Shown here in pieces: positions 45,088 through 57,620 of a stretch of 64,000 nucleotides of DNA (position 1 is its first letter; the number at the start of each line of letters is the position of its first letter). Source of the stretch: Squalus acanthias (Eukaryota); contig CM059432.1 in assembly GCA_030390025.1 (NCBI GenBank), positions 22,012,001 through 22,076,000 of the forward strand, in the 5' to 3' direction. A program made the translations under genes and the position numbers. The notes beneath the pieces are model-generated. The model made no database searches. It had not been told where the DNA came from and was given only the letters and a program-made list of their open reading frames with translations.

Positions 45088-45329
45088 GTTGCCCAAGTTG
45101 GCACATGTCCTTGGCTCCATCCTAAGACATCATTGACAATGGACATGACTCTCTTGCCTCCTTTCACTCAGGCCACCCACCTGACAATGCAAGTGTGGCA
45201 GAGCCCCAATGTGGAGCTGCCTAAGGTGAAAGAACAGATGCCATAATGCCAACATTTTGGCATCAAAACATTTTAATGCTTCCAACAGGGATGGCATTTC
45301 ATCAATACACAGAAACATTCTCCCAATCT

Positions 45330-45512
45330 GCACACAGATCTGGAGGTTATACCCCTTGCCAGCTGTACCCACACAGCCTTGGTTTCTTTGGGAGGCCTCT
45401 TCCTCCCAGATGATTGGAAGAGCACCTCCCTGCTAGCTCTCACCCCCTCAAGCAACATTTGCAGCGCCTCATCCGAGAGCCTCGGGGAGACCCTTGTCTT
45501 GGAATTGGACAT
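45330..45512 (-). pseudogene. Harbinger Myb/SANT-like DNA-binding protein N-terminus, truncated
   Basis: PRLSDEALQMLLEGVRASREVLF...KAVWVQLARGITSRS. Confidence 0.75.
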
Positions 45513-46190
45513 AGTGGTTTCTCAGAATATGTTGCAGGTGGTGCAGCATAGGCAGACATCCTGTGGAATGAGCCAAGGCAGCAAGAAGCCATAAAATCAG
45601 GCTGGAAAAGTGATGTCAGCAGAGGCGAGTTTCAGTCCCAAAACACTAATTGACCAAGGGCATCCCACACCTCTGAAATCAAGTGGTCAATCGGGGAAAA
45701 TCGCAATTTTTTGAAAACTATCAATGGAGGTGGGTTTCAAACCCACGCAAACCAAACCCGCCTCCATCTCGCCTCCAGTGGGAAAATCGCCCCTGAAGAT
45801 TAACAAGGAAGGTTTGGCAAAGTATTCCAGTGATGCACCAATAACATAAGACAACCCGTGCTCACTTTAACATCCACCTCTTGTTATCCTAATAATCTAG
45901 TGGGTTAATGCAATGCTTCGTGTGATACAAAGCCATACAAACTAGCAAGGTCACTAATTCAATCTCTGCACTGCATTGAGTTCGGTGACCTCAATCAGAT
46001 CAGCAGTGCAGGTGAGACAATTGGTCTCCGCACCCTCTGTGCTCAAAAGTAGGTGAAGTCACTAAACATCCTGGGTTCCCTCTCCTCGTCACTGTCCAGC
46101 TGGACAGTGCATGTAAGGACATTGGATGAGGACAGGATTAGATTCGGTTCTGATGTTTCCACCAGTATGAATAGTATGTCAATACTTACA

Positions 46191-46600
46191 GTCAGCTGTA
46201 GTTGGTAACATTCTAGCCTCTGAGTCAGAAGGCTGTGGGTTCAAGTCTCACGCCAGAGAGTTGAGTGCAAAAATCTAGGCTAATATTCCAGTGGAGTACT
46301 GCACTGTCAGAGGCACTGTCTTTCAGATGAGACATTAAACCTCTCAGGTGGATGTAAAAGATCCCATGGCACAATTTGGAAGAAGAGCAGGGGAGTTATC
46401 CCTGGTGTCCTTAGTCAATATCACTTAAATAAACAGATTAGCAGGTCATTATCACATTACTGTATGTGGGAGCTTGCTGTGTGAAAATTGACAGCTGCAT
46501 GTCCTGCATTACCACAGTGACTACACTTCAAAAGTACTTCATTGGCTGTAAAGCGCTTTGAGATGTCCTAAGGTCATGAAAGGCGCTGTATAAATGCAAG
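46191..46600 (+). mobile_element. SacSINE1-like SINE
   Basis: Collinear with 24254-24757. Confidence 0.8.
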
Positions 46601-48902
46601 CGGCAGCATGGACTGGTTGGGCCGAATGGCCTGTTTCTGTGCCATATATCCTGTGTAAAAAGTCTTGCTTTTTCTTTTCAGTCTAGGCTCACACATGAAG
46701 AATGGCCACTTGGGATAGGTATCAGAAGGTCGTTAGCATCCATGAATCCATTTACCAGCCGAAGTCATAGCCCTTAGGAGATAAAAGAACCTTTCAGTAA
46801 TATATACAAGAATTTATATTTGACCTATTGAAGGAAAAATACATTTTGTGAAACTACAATGTCTTGTCATTGGATCCAAGCTTTCTATGTCATAAGCCAA
46901 TTCATATCATTGATTTTAAATCACACAGCATGGTCTTTATCTTTGAATGACAGGAGAAAAGTTATCAAAGGAATGGACAGTTCCAACGGAATGAAAAATC
47001 AATTTTAAAGGACAACTCACCATGTTGCAAATATTAGAAAAGGTAATAGCTACCTTATGTAAATATACGATAGAAATGCAATGTGGGTTCAAATGACTAG
47101 CATAGAAATACCAGAGCTTCAGTCTCACTATTTCTACATACTCTGATCCCTTCAAATGCATACTGCCTTGCAATTTACTTACAGCTTTCTATTATTCTGC
47201 ATGGAGTTATAATATACTCCTATCTAGAGTTACCTTTCTTCACAGTTGAAGAAACAGTTACCTCTTTTGTAAGCCTTATGGATAGTTCTTTGCTTTTCAT
47301 AAAGAATGGCCCACAGCTAAAAAAGTTTGATTGAAAGGCTGGAGTATCATTAGGTGAAATAATCTGGACTGTGATTGCACATTGAACCTTGCATTGAGAA
47401 ATGCCAGCAGCAATTTCAAGCTCCGGTTCCAGTGACTAGCTAATGTAATAGTTAGGTCTCTCTCTTCACTTCAGTCCAGTTTCAATACTCCCTGATATTT
47501 AAGCATATCTATGTTTAATGCAGTGTACTGTCCTTTTAGAAATCTTCCACATTGCTTTGCTGCTGCGATGTCTCAGTGGATCTATTCAGTGGATAGCTGA
47601 GCCATTGAGACCAGGAAGTTCACAAGTTCAATCTTTGATCTGTGCTGGGTTAGTTGATCTTAGCTGGGGGAGATTAGGCACACTACAAGTGGCCTCAATG
47701 CCTTTGGGTTAAGGAGGGAAAGTCAACCAGGGTTGCCACCCTTGTCATCCCTGGTGAAAATGGATAGTGGGTGCTGACAAGATGGCCCCATAAGCAAATA
47801 GTCTGCCAACAACCACACACCAGAGCGTGACTGATAGCCATTGAACCCTAAGCCAGCAGGTTAATCACTCCTTCAGGAGGGTAGAAAGGTGTGGGGATTA
47901 ATTATGGTAGTGTAGTGGTTATGTTATTGGACTAATAATCAAAGGCATGGACTTATAATCCAGTATGAACGTGAGTTCAAATCCCACCAGGGTAATTGCA
48001 GAATTTGATGACAGTTTTTTTTAAATTCTGCTAATATAAAGCTGGTATCAGTAAATGTGACCACAAAGTTGTCAGATTGTCATTAAACCCCATTTGTTCA
48101 CCTTATGCATGGCTCAAATGTGGCGGTAGCAGCCTGAAAATGATTTATGCCCCGCTTACGCCAGGACTCCAGTCCTCAGCGTCTTCCAAGCAGCCTGCCA
48201 TTGGGTGGGCGGAGCACCCGCCTGTTTTATTTAATATGCAAATCAGGTTTCTATGACGTACGTGATTGCCATTTTAGGACAGAAGTGGGCAGAGCTTGCG
48301 CCGGGCAGGCTCCGCCCTGTTTCAGCTGGAGATCCAACCAAAGAGGAGGCCAAAGGTAAGTTTTTAATTATTTCTGTGGAGCCAGAGGAGCAAGAGTGCT
48401 CCTGTGGGCTGTACAAAAACTGCCTGGGCCGCTTCCACAACACGCCCCCCTCACCCGGCAAACGGAACTTCCCCAACCTATCTTGTTCTGGCTGGACCAG
48501 CCTCTGGGCCACGCGATATAAATGTAACCTTCCTCTTTTTTTGAACACAGCAATGGTGACACTTAGTAAAATCTATTAAAACTCTATTTGTCTCCACACA
48601 GATTGCAATTCTAGCCCATATTCAATTTGTCCTTCTGTGTAGAACTTCTTCTATGTACAGTGCGATAAGCTAGTGTCCATAGTGACAGATTCAAATAGAA
48701 AATGGTTTCGGAATTTTTCCAGAGTGTATTTACAAATTAAATCAATTAGCTTTACTGTCACTATGGTAATGCAAGGAAAAAGAATGTGAAAAGAATTAAT
48801 GAAGTCAATTCTGTTTTCCTTTTTCTGCAACACTTAAGTTCAGATTTTCCTCTCTAAGACTTGTGAATAAAATGTTATATTGAATTTACTGGTAGCATTG
48901 CA

Positions 48903-49243
48903 TGGGTACAGTATTGTAATGGTTATATTACTGGACTAGTAATCCAAAGGCTTAGACTAATAATCTAGTGAATGTGAGTTCAAATATCACAGTTTGAGAA
49001 GTTGAATTAAGTTTAAAATCTGGAAATAAAAAGCTGGTTTCAGTGAAAATGTCATTAAAAACTCAACTGGTTCACTAGTATCCTTTAGGGAAGGAAACCA
49101 GTTGTCTTTACCCAGATGGGTGATATAAGTCCCACACCAATGTGGTTGTCTCTTACGGGCCCTCTGAATTGCCTAGTAAGACACTCAGATGTATCAAACC
49201 ACTATCAGGGCAATTAGGGATGGGCAATAGATGCCAGCTTTGT
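48903..49243 (+). mobile_element. tRNA-derived SINE with tail shared with the 39052 LINE (partial copies ~47906-48100, ~43150-43260)
   Basis: Head ggttatattactggactagtaatcc...gtgagttcaaat; tail agggcaattagggatgggcaatagatgcc. Confidence 0.6.
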
Positions 49244-51270
49244 AAAATTCACACTGGTTGATTACCCGTACGCAATGCCACAGTCTGCATGCACTTCCTG
49301 TTTGCACAACTTGACTCTCTGTTGCCACGTTTCTGTCACACTGTAGCACCGCCGATGGCAAGAGGGCATAACTGCAGTGTGACAAGTTTACATGGACAGT
49401 TTCCATACTAAAGGCGGACATAGAAATTTCTAATGGGAATATAAAATATTTAAAATAATGAATGACTTTAAAATGGAGACTGAATTATGTCTACACTTCC
49501 CGGTCCAATGATCCACCGCCCTTTAACCCCACTTCACCTGAACACTGCTCTTGGTCTGTGCAAAGACAGAGGAATACATCAAAGTTGCTCTCTATGTAGT
49601 GCACTCCTAATTTGAGAACATAGTCAGTCCTGCAGCTGCACACTTTGAACCTTAGTTGACACTTCAGAAGCTAACCACCATTGAGTCTTCACAGTCAACT
49701 GACCTTACAGCCTCCCTACCCAAATAATACATACATTTATACAAGTCCCTCCCTGCTACCTCTTACCGTCCCTTCTCTACTCTATATTTTCCCACTGTAC
49801 ACCCACGTCGCAGATTTATACACCTTTTCTCTTCCTTCACTTTTTTTTAAGTTGTCTCAGTTCGGTCTCATACTTTTGCCTGTCTTCTCCACTTGTAAGG
49901 TTTTGGCTTCTCCACTATAATTTTCTTCATTCACAGTGCTCCTACTCAGTTCATTTTTAACTCTTTTTTTTCTCTAGTATTGTGCTGCATCTTAGGCCAG
50001 GCCTCCATCCCGAACACTGACTGCTTAGTGCCAATTCCCTGCTGTATACTTCCAGATTGAGCCTTTACAGCTCCCCCCACACCCTGTTTGGCCTCTCCCT
50101 GGTCTCCCCTAGTTTTTTTGCACCAACAAACATATATTTATTTAATTATATAATTTTTAATTTCATATATTTTCATTTTAATTTAATTCACCTACCTATT
50201 AATCCTTAATCACTTCCAATTAATCATAGTTTTAACATTTTACTTAGTTATACAACTAATAATTTTTGTATCTTACTCTAATATTTCATTGATTTTCATT
50301 CATATCATTTACACAACTGATAACGTCAATTATAATTTTAATTCTTCAATTATTCAGATTTGGCAAATCGTCATTTCAGCCTTCCTTTTTTTTATTCTAC
50401 ATAACATGTAATTATTTCTACAATGTTCCTCAATAGGGGTGTGTTAGGGTTTTCAAGATAGGAGCATCGGGGATGAATGTTAGCATTGCACGGGACTCAA
50501 TGTAGTGGACAGGAACAGTGTGAACCGCTCCATCAAAGGGTACACAATAATGACAAACTGCTACTTCCAACTCATCGTGGGCAACACCATGGAAAGTTGA
50601 CTTGTTAAACATTGAAATTCCATGAAGAGCAGATGTTAATTGAAGGGCCTGTGATTTACCTGAATCCTCGCACGGTCCAAGCAATGTTCTAATTGTGCCC
50701 ATTTCACATGGACGTTCAAGGCCAACCAGGAGCTTGTCTGTTGACAAACGATACCTTAAAGCGGCATTGTTACCAATGTGCCAAAGTATGACTTCAAGCC
50801 GGAAATCTTCAACTTTACAATGTTGCTGCACTTAGCGATCGTGGCAATTCTTCCCCCATTGCTTTTACAAGTAAATTCTCACCTACCCATTACAACTCAA
50901 CATTCATTAAATTTACAATAGCAAAATACTGCGGATGCTGGAAATCCGAAATAACAACAGAAAACGCTGGAAAAACTCAGCAGGCCAGGCAGCATCCGTG
51001 GAGAGAGAAACAGAGTTAACGTTAATTCATTAAATTTACCTCACCAAATGACTTACTGCTTCCATTTGTTTCTTTTCCCCATGTGGTGTTTGTTCTGATA
51101 TAACAGAGATTTTGTAGATTATTGCCACTCTTTTTTTAAACATTGTTCGCATGCTTTGATTCTTTTCACTGCACTGTAAAAATTGCCTATCCCTTGTAGT
51201 ATACAATAAATATATTAAAGTGGGATTCTGCATAGATTACAGCATGATCCAGTCTCTTGAATTTGGGAAT

Positions 51271-51730
51271 GTCAGCTGTGGCTCGGTGGTAGCACTCTCA
51301 CCTCTGATTCAGAAAGTTATGGGTTTCAAATCCCACACCATAGACTTGAGCACATAATCAAGACTGACACTGCAGTGCAATACTGCGTGAGTGTTGCAAC
51401 GTTGGAGGTGCCGTCTTATGGATGAGACATTAAACCGAGGCCCTATCTGCCCTCTCAGGTGGATGTAAAAGATCCCATGGCACTATTTTGAAGACGAGCA
51501 GGGGTGCTCTCCCAGTGTCTTGGCTAATATTTATCCCTCAACCTTCATCCCTAAAACAGATTATCTGGTCATTATCACATTGCTGTTTGTGGGAGCTTGC
51601 AAAAATTGTCTGCCATGTTTTCTACATTACAACTGTGACAACAACAAAAAATGTCTTCATTGGCTGTAAAGCACTTTGGGACATTCTGAGATCATGAAAG
51701 GTGTTATATAAACACAAGTCTCTTTTCTTT
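51271..51730 (+). mobile_element. SacSINE1-like SINE, full length
   Basis: Head gtggctcggtggtagcactctcacctctg, Deu-like core and L2-like tail. Confidence 0.8.
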
Positions 51731-52871
51731 CTCAAGAGTAAAAGTGGATTGTCACAGCTAATCCTTTTTAGAAGAAAAGAACTGTGAACTCTAAAGGCAA
51801 TGGAATGGATATTCAACATATCAAGCATTGCATTCCACACAATCATTCAAAGACAGCCCCCTGCCAACACTATCCAAAGATATGCTAGGTCATGTGTAAT
51901 GCGACCGAGGTGACTCTCGAATCAATAATTGCTGTAGGGTTTCATTTTCTCTTAATGCTCTGATTATGCATTAAATGAGAGTTGTTTTTCCTCCCTTTTA
52001 TAATGCATCTGTAGGAACGTACAAGGTTTACCCACTGTGCACCTGGGTGGTCAAATTCAATGGAACTAATGTACCGCTGGGCAGTCAATCAGAATCCACC
52101 TGCAATATAACAAAAATCGATGCCAAGGGAGCACTTAGGCTTAGAGCAAATGAGCAAACTGGATGTAGAAGTACACAAATCACAAGAAGCACTTTGAAAC
52201 TAGAGGAACACTCACCTTCTTCTGTTGGACTGAAACACCACATAAGCTATAAGCATCAGATGCACTTATACTTCAAATTCTATCACTTGGAATATATATT
52301 GTTATTCTTTAAATGTCCTGCAAAGGATATCTTTTTGTCCAGAAGTACACGTAACTGACAGTGGGAAGTAACTGGGCTCAACTAATCATGTAGAGCAACT
52401 AGCAGTTCCATTATGTTAAGTATGTGCAATGTACTTTTTACGGCGTGTAATTGCAGTGCAAAGTAGGAGATTTTTGCAATGACACAAATCAGATGTTGTG
52501 CCAGGCTGCTAAGGGTCATGTGCTGGTGGTATCAGCTGCTGAGCCCACGTTGTGGTAATAAAAGCTTTGCATTATTTGTTCCCAGCAGTGCTCTGCCAAA
52601 CCTTTGGGATCCTGCCTGTCCTCTGCAAAACTTGCACACGCGTCTGCTCGAAGTAAAATAGCTCAACTTCCTTCATCAGCCCAAACTGAGGAAGGCTCTG
52701 CATTTTTACGCTGATTAGCTTTGTTGATTATTTTTGCTTTAATTTCCATTAAGACTTTTAAGCATCGAAGGAAAACTCAAAGTTTCAGTTAATAACAGAA
52801 GAAAGTTTCATTGCCACTTGTCCATAATTTAGCATGGCGAGGAATATATATTCCCCGATGATCAATTCCGT

Positions 52872-53150
52872 TTATACAATTTTACTGCACAGAAAGAGGC
52901 CATTTAGCCCATCATGCCTTTGCCGTCTCTTTGAAAGAGCTATCCGATTAGACCCACCACCCCCACTCCCTGCTCTTGCCCCATAACCCTGCAAATATTT
53001 TTCCTTCAAGCATATATCCAATTCACTTTTGAAAGCTACTATTGAATCTGCTTCCACCACCCTTTCAGGCACTGCATTCCAGATCATTATACCTTGTTGT
53101 GTAAATAAAAGTTCCCCTAATTTTCCCCCTAGTTCTTTTTGCCAATTATC
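52872..53150 (-). mobile_element. CR1 LINE 3' fragment
   Basis: WNAVPERVVEADS...YLQGYG plus CR1 3' UTR. Confidence 0.8.
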
Positions 53151-54445
53151 TATTCATAGGTTTATATGAGTGAAAATAGAAAGATGAGTAGTTATGTGGA
53201 TTTGAATAACAATATTGTGCAATAGTCCAAATTTAATTTAAAAAATAGCAGATCTCCTCACGATGAGCTGCAGGTTATGGTGTTGCAATGTGGGGAATAC
53301 AGGGTGTGAAAAATGGGATGGGCTGCACAAGTCTACCAAAGGAATCCGGAAAAAAATGTGGAAGAGACCTTAGTGTTTTTTTTATCTTAGTTCCTGAATA
53401 TAACTAAATAAATAGCCGCTGAAATTCCATGCGGATTCTCCCAGTGTACTGCTTGGGAAATCACTCCCCCAGCCACCCAAAAAAAAAACAGCCAATAGGC
53501 TGAATCTTAGAACGCAAATTTAATTCTGGAGGTGGGATGGGGGCGGGACAGCTGGTTTCCGGGTTCCAGTCCCGCCCCCAGCTGCCTCCGCTCTGCAGAT
53601 GTGATTTTCCCTTGATTGGCCTTGTTCCTGCGGGCTTACCAGCCAATTAACAGGAAGCGGGTCTGATGACATCATTTGATGATGCCGGTTTCCTTAAAGG
53701 GACCATGCACAATTTTATTTTGACAGTTGATTTGCCAGTGTTTGACAGCATTGAGGTGCTGAAGACGCTGACAATCACTGCACAAAGGTGAACGCTTGTA
53801 CCCAGGCTCTCCAATGACTCCCTCCATATGCTTACGGAAGGTGTCACAGCACATAGGGAGATTCTCTTCCCTTCCAAGGGCGGAAGAGACCTCCCCAGGA
53901 CACCATCTTACCTTGCACCTCCACCCAACCCTCTCTATCAACTTTATCACATCCCCATCTCACTAGCCACCCCTCACACTCACCCTCATCCTACTGCAAG
54001 CATACCAACAAGTCTGAGCGAGCGGACCTGCGGGAGGAATGGAGTTGGAGACCGGGGATAAAGGTAGCGCGGAGCAAAGACCTGGGAGTCTGAGTGAGCA
54101 GACTACCTGCGGGAGGAACGGAGTTGGAGACCGGGGATAAAGGCAGCACGGAGCAGAGGCCTGGGAGTCTGAGTGAGCGGACTACCTGCGAGGGAGACAG
54201 TCGGCAAGCAACACAACAAAGGAGTGACGTCAGAATTCAACGGTGTCGCTGGCACAAGGGAGCTGAGAGGTGAGTATAGGGTGAGTATTTGTGGTAAGTT
54301 TTTTTTGTTCTGTTTTCAGTATATTTCTGCTAAGTAGTTCATAGCCTATCTAATAGAGGGAGGTGCTGATTGGTGGGTAGCTGTTGAGTGTTTCTTGTTA
54401 AGTTTATTTCTGCTAAAATACCTCCATAGTCTGGTAAATAGAGGC

Positions 54446-55369
54446 ATGGCAGGGCAGCTCAGTCCCGTGATTTGCACATCCTGTGCCATGTGGGATATCC
54501 TGGACGCTTCTTGCGGCCTGGACGACCACGTGTGCAGGAAGTGTTGCCAACTGCAGCAACTCGAGCTCCGGGTTTCGGAGCTTGAGCGGCAGCTGGAGTC
54601 ACTACAGTGCATCCGCAAGGCTGAGAAATACTTGGAAAGTATGTTTCTAGAAGTGGTCACCCTGCAGCCTCAGAATGTGCAGGCAGAGAGGGAATGGGCG
54701 ACCACCAGACAGAGAAGGACCAGGCAGGTAGGGCAGGAATCCCCAGAGCGCATCTCGCTCACTAATGGTTCACAGTTCTGGAAACTGGTGGGGGTGATGG
54801 TTCCTCTTGGGAGAGCAGCCAGAGCCAAGGACATGGCACAACGGGTGGCTCAGCTGTACAGGGGGGGAGGAAGAAGAGTGGAAGAGCAATAGTGATAGGG
54901 GATTCATTGGTTAGGGGAACAGATAGGCGTTTCTGTGGATGCAGACGTGACTCCAGGATAGTATGTTGCCTCTCTGGTGCCAGGGTCAAGGATGTCACTG
55001 AACGGCTGCAGGACACTCTGAGGGGGGAGCGTGAACAGCCAGAGATCGTTGTCCATATCGGTACCAACGACATAGGCAGAAAGAAGGATGAGGTCCTGCA
55101 GGCACATTATAGGAAACTAGGAAAGAGATTAAAAAGCAGGATTACTCCCAGTGCCACGTGCTAGTGCTTACAGGAATAGGAGGATAGAACAGATAAAGGT
55201 GTGGCTGGAGAGATGGTGCAGGAGGGAGGGCTTTAGATTCCTGAGGCATTGGGACCATTTCTGGGGAAGGTGGGACCTGGACAAGCTCGACGGGTTACAC
55301 CTCAACAGAGCCGGGACCAATATTCTCATGGGGAGGTTTGCTAGTGCTGTTGGGGAGGGTTTAAACTAG
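54446..55369 (+). pseudogene. CR1 ORF1: zinc finger, leucine zipper and SGNH esterase, frameshifted
   Basis: CTSC...CRKC, LELRVSELERQLESL, IGDSLVRG, VHIGTND, DGLHLN. Confidence 0.85.
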
Positions 55370-55529
55370 CTTGGCAGGGGGATGGGCACCAGCATGTAGG
55401 AATGGAGGGGAGGAATGGGGTGCATGGAAGAGTGAGTGTGTGGATGGTACTGGAGGGGAAGGTAGTGCTGGAGGCAGAAGCAGTACCATTTTAGATAGGA
55501 GAAGACTGAGAAAGACTACGAAAAATTCA

Positions 55530-57620
55530 AAAATGGGTTTAGAATGCATGTACGTAAACGCACAAAGTGTGGCAATATGATGTGGCAATAACGAAAATGT
55601 GGCTTAAAATGGTGAGGACTGGGCACTTAATATTCAAGGGTACAAGGTGTTCAGAAAAGATAGGGAAGGGAAAAAGGGAGGTGGGGTGACAGTGCTGATT
55701 AAGGAAGACATTGCAGTGTTGGAAAGGGAGGATGTTCTTGAGGGGACAAGGACAGAATCCATTTGGTTAGAGTTGAGGAGCAAAAAGGGTATGATCACGC
55801 TATTGGGGGTATTCTACAGGCCTCCAAATAGTAAGAGGGAGGTAGAGGAGCAAATCTGCAGGGAAATTGCAGAGATACGCAAGAGCTATAGAGTGGTGAT
55901 ATTGGGGGACTTTAATTACCCAAATATCGATTGGGATAATGCTAGGGTAAAGGGAAAGGAGGGGGAGGAATTTCTGAAATGTGTTCAGGAGAATTTTCTT
56001 GACCAGTATGTTCTTGGCCCAACTAGGAAGGAGGCATTGCAGGATCTGGTGCTGGAGAATGAGGTGGGCCAGGTCGACCAAGTGTCTGTGGGAGAATATT
56101 TGGGTGCGAGTGATCATCGTATCATAAGATTTAGGTTAGCAATGGAGTGGAGCAAGGAACAATCTAGAGTGGAACTTCTAAACTGGAATAGGGCTAACTT
56201 CAATGGGATGCAAAAAGATCTAGCCAGGGTAAAATGGAACCAAAGACTGACAGGAAAAACTGTAACGGAACAATGGGTGATCTTTAAGGAGGAGATGTTC
56301 CAAGTACAGGCTAGGTACATTCCAACAAGAGGGAAGGGTAAGGGAACCAAAGCAAGGGCTCCTTGGATGACGAGAGAGATAGAGAAGATGATGAAACAAA
56401 AAAAGGTGTATGATGAATGTCAGGTGATTTCTTCAAGGGAGAACCAGACCAAATACAATAAGTTGAGAGGGGAAGTGAAGATAAAAATACGATTGGCAAA
56501 GAGAGAATATGAGAGTAAAATGGCGGTTAACATAAAAGGGAACCCAAAAATCTTCTACCGGCATGTAAACAATAAGCGGGTAGTAAGAAGTGGGGTGGGG
56601 CCTATTAGGGACAAAATAGGTGATATATGCTTAGAGGCGCAGGGCAAGGCTAGAATACTGAATGAGTACTTTGTATCGGTGTTTACTAAGGAGGTGGATG
56701 CTGACAAAATATCGGTAGAAGTGGAAAAGGTAGAAACAATGGAAGGGGTGAAAACTGATAGACAGAATGAACTAGAAAGACTAGGTATGCTTAGAGTGCA
56801 TAAGTCGCCCTGTCCAGATGGCTTGCATCCCAAGTTGCGAAGGGAATTGGGGGAGGAGATAGCAGAAGGGCTTGCCATAATTTTCCAATCTTCCCTAGAT
56901 GCGGGGGAGGTGCCTGAGGATTGGAAAGTGGCAAATGTGACACCATTGTTCGAGAAAGGATGTAAGGACAATCCTAGTAGGTCAGTTTAACATCAGTGGT
57001 GGGTAAAGTTTTAGAAACAATAATCAAGGAAATAATTAATGGGCACTTGGAGAGGTTTAAACTAATTAAGGAGTGCCAACACGGATTTGTAAAAGGCAGA
57101 TCATGTTTGACTAATCTAATTGAATTCTTTGATGAAGTAACAGGGAGGATTGATGAAGGGAATGCAATGGATGTTGTCTATATGGATTTTAGGAAGGCAT
57201 TTGACAAAGTACCATATAGAGGCTGGTTGACAAAATTGAGGCTCATGGAATAGGTGGGTCAGTGGCAGCTTGGATAAGGAATTGGCTTAAGGACAGAAAA
57301 CAGCGAGTTGTGGTAAATGGCTGTTTTTCAGACTGGAGGATGGTATACAGTGGTGATCCCCAAGGGTCAGTGCTGGGGCCACTGCTTTTTTTGATATATA
57401 TAAATTACCTGGATATTGGAATACAGAGTAGAATTTCTAAATTTGCTGGATTTGGAGAAGCTGGATTTGTTTTCATTAGAGCAAAGGAGGTTGAGGGGAG
57501 ATTTGATAGAGGTGTACAAGATTATGATGGGTTTGGATAGGCTAGACGGGGAAAGGCTGTTCCCACTAGTTGATGGTACAAGGACTAGGGGACACAAATT
57601 TAAGGTTTTGGGCAAGTGAT
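55530..57620 (+). pseudogene. CR1 ORF2 (APE endonuclease + partial RT), frameshifted and deleted after KFA
   Basis: YVNAQS, GVFYRPP, LGDFNYP, SDH, YMDFRKAFDKV, PQGSVLGP; jumps from ISKFA to LEKLDLFSLE at ~57447. Confidence 0.88.

Larger units (their letters stand above)
43322..45793. mobile_element. PIF/Harbinger transposon (internally deleted)
   Basis: TIR ggggcgactttc / gaaaatcgcccc enclosing convergent transposase and Myb-like ORFs. Confidence 0.8.

Noticed and set aside
50430..50831. 133-aa minus-strand ORF in unique-looking sequence
   Set aside because: No recognisable domain or splice context; could be an old repeat or non-coding element and cannot be called without a search
54010..54195. 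Spaced repeats resembling a CRISPR array
   Set aside because: Tandem CR1 5' UTR monomers with no unique spacers, in eukaryotic DNA without cas genes
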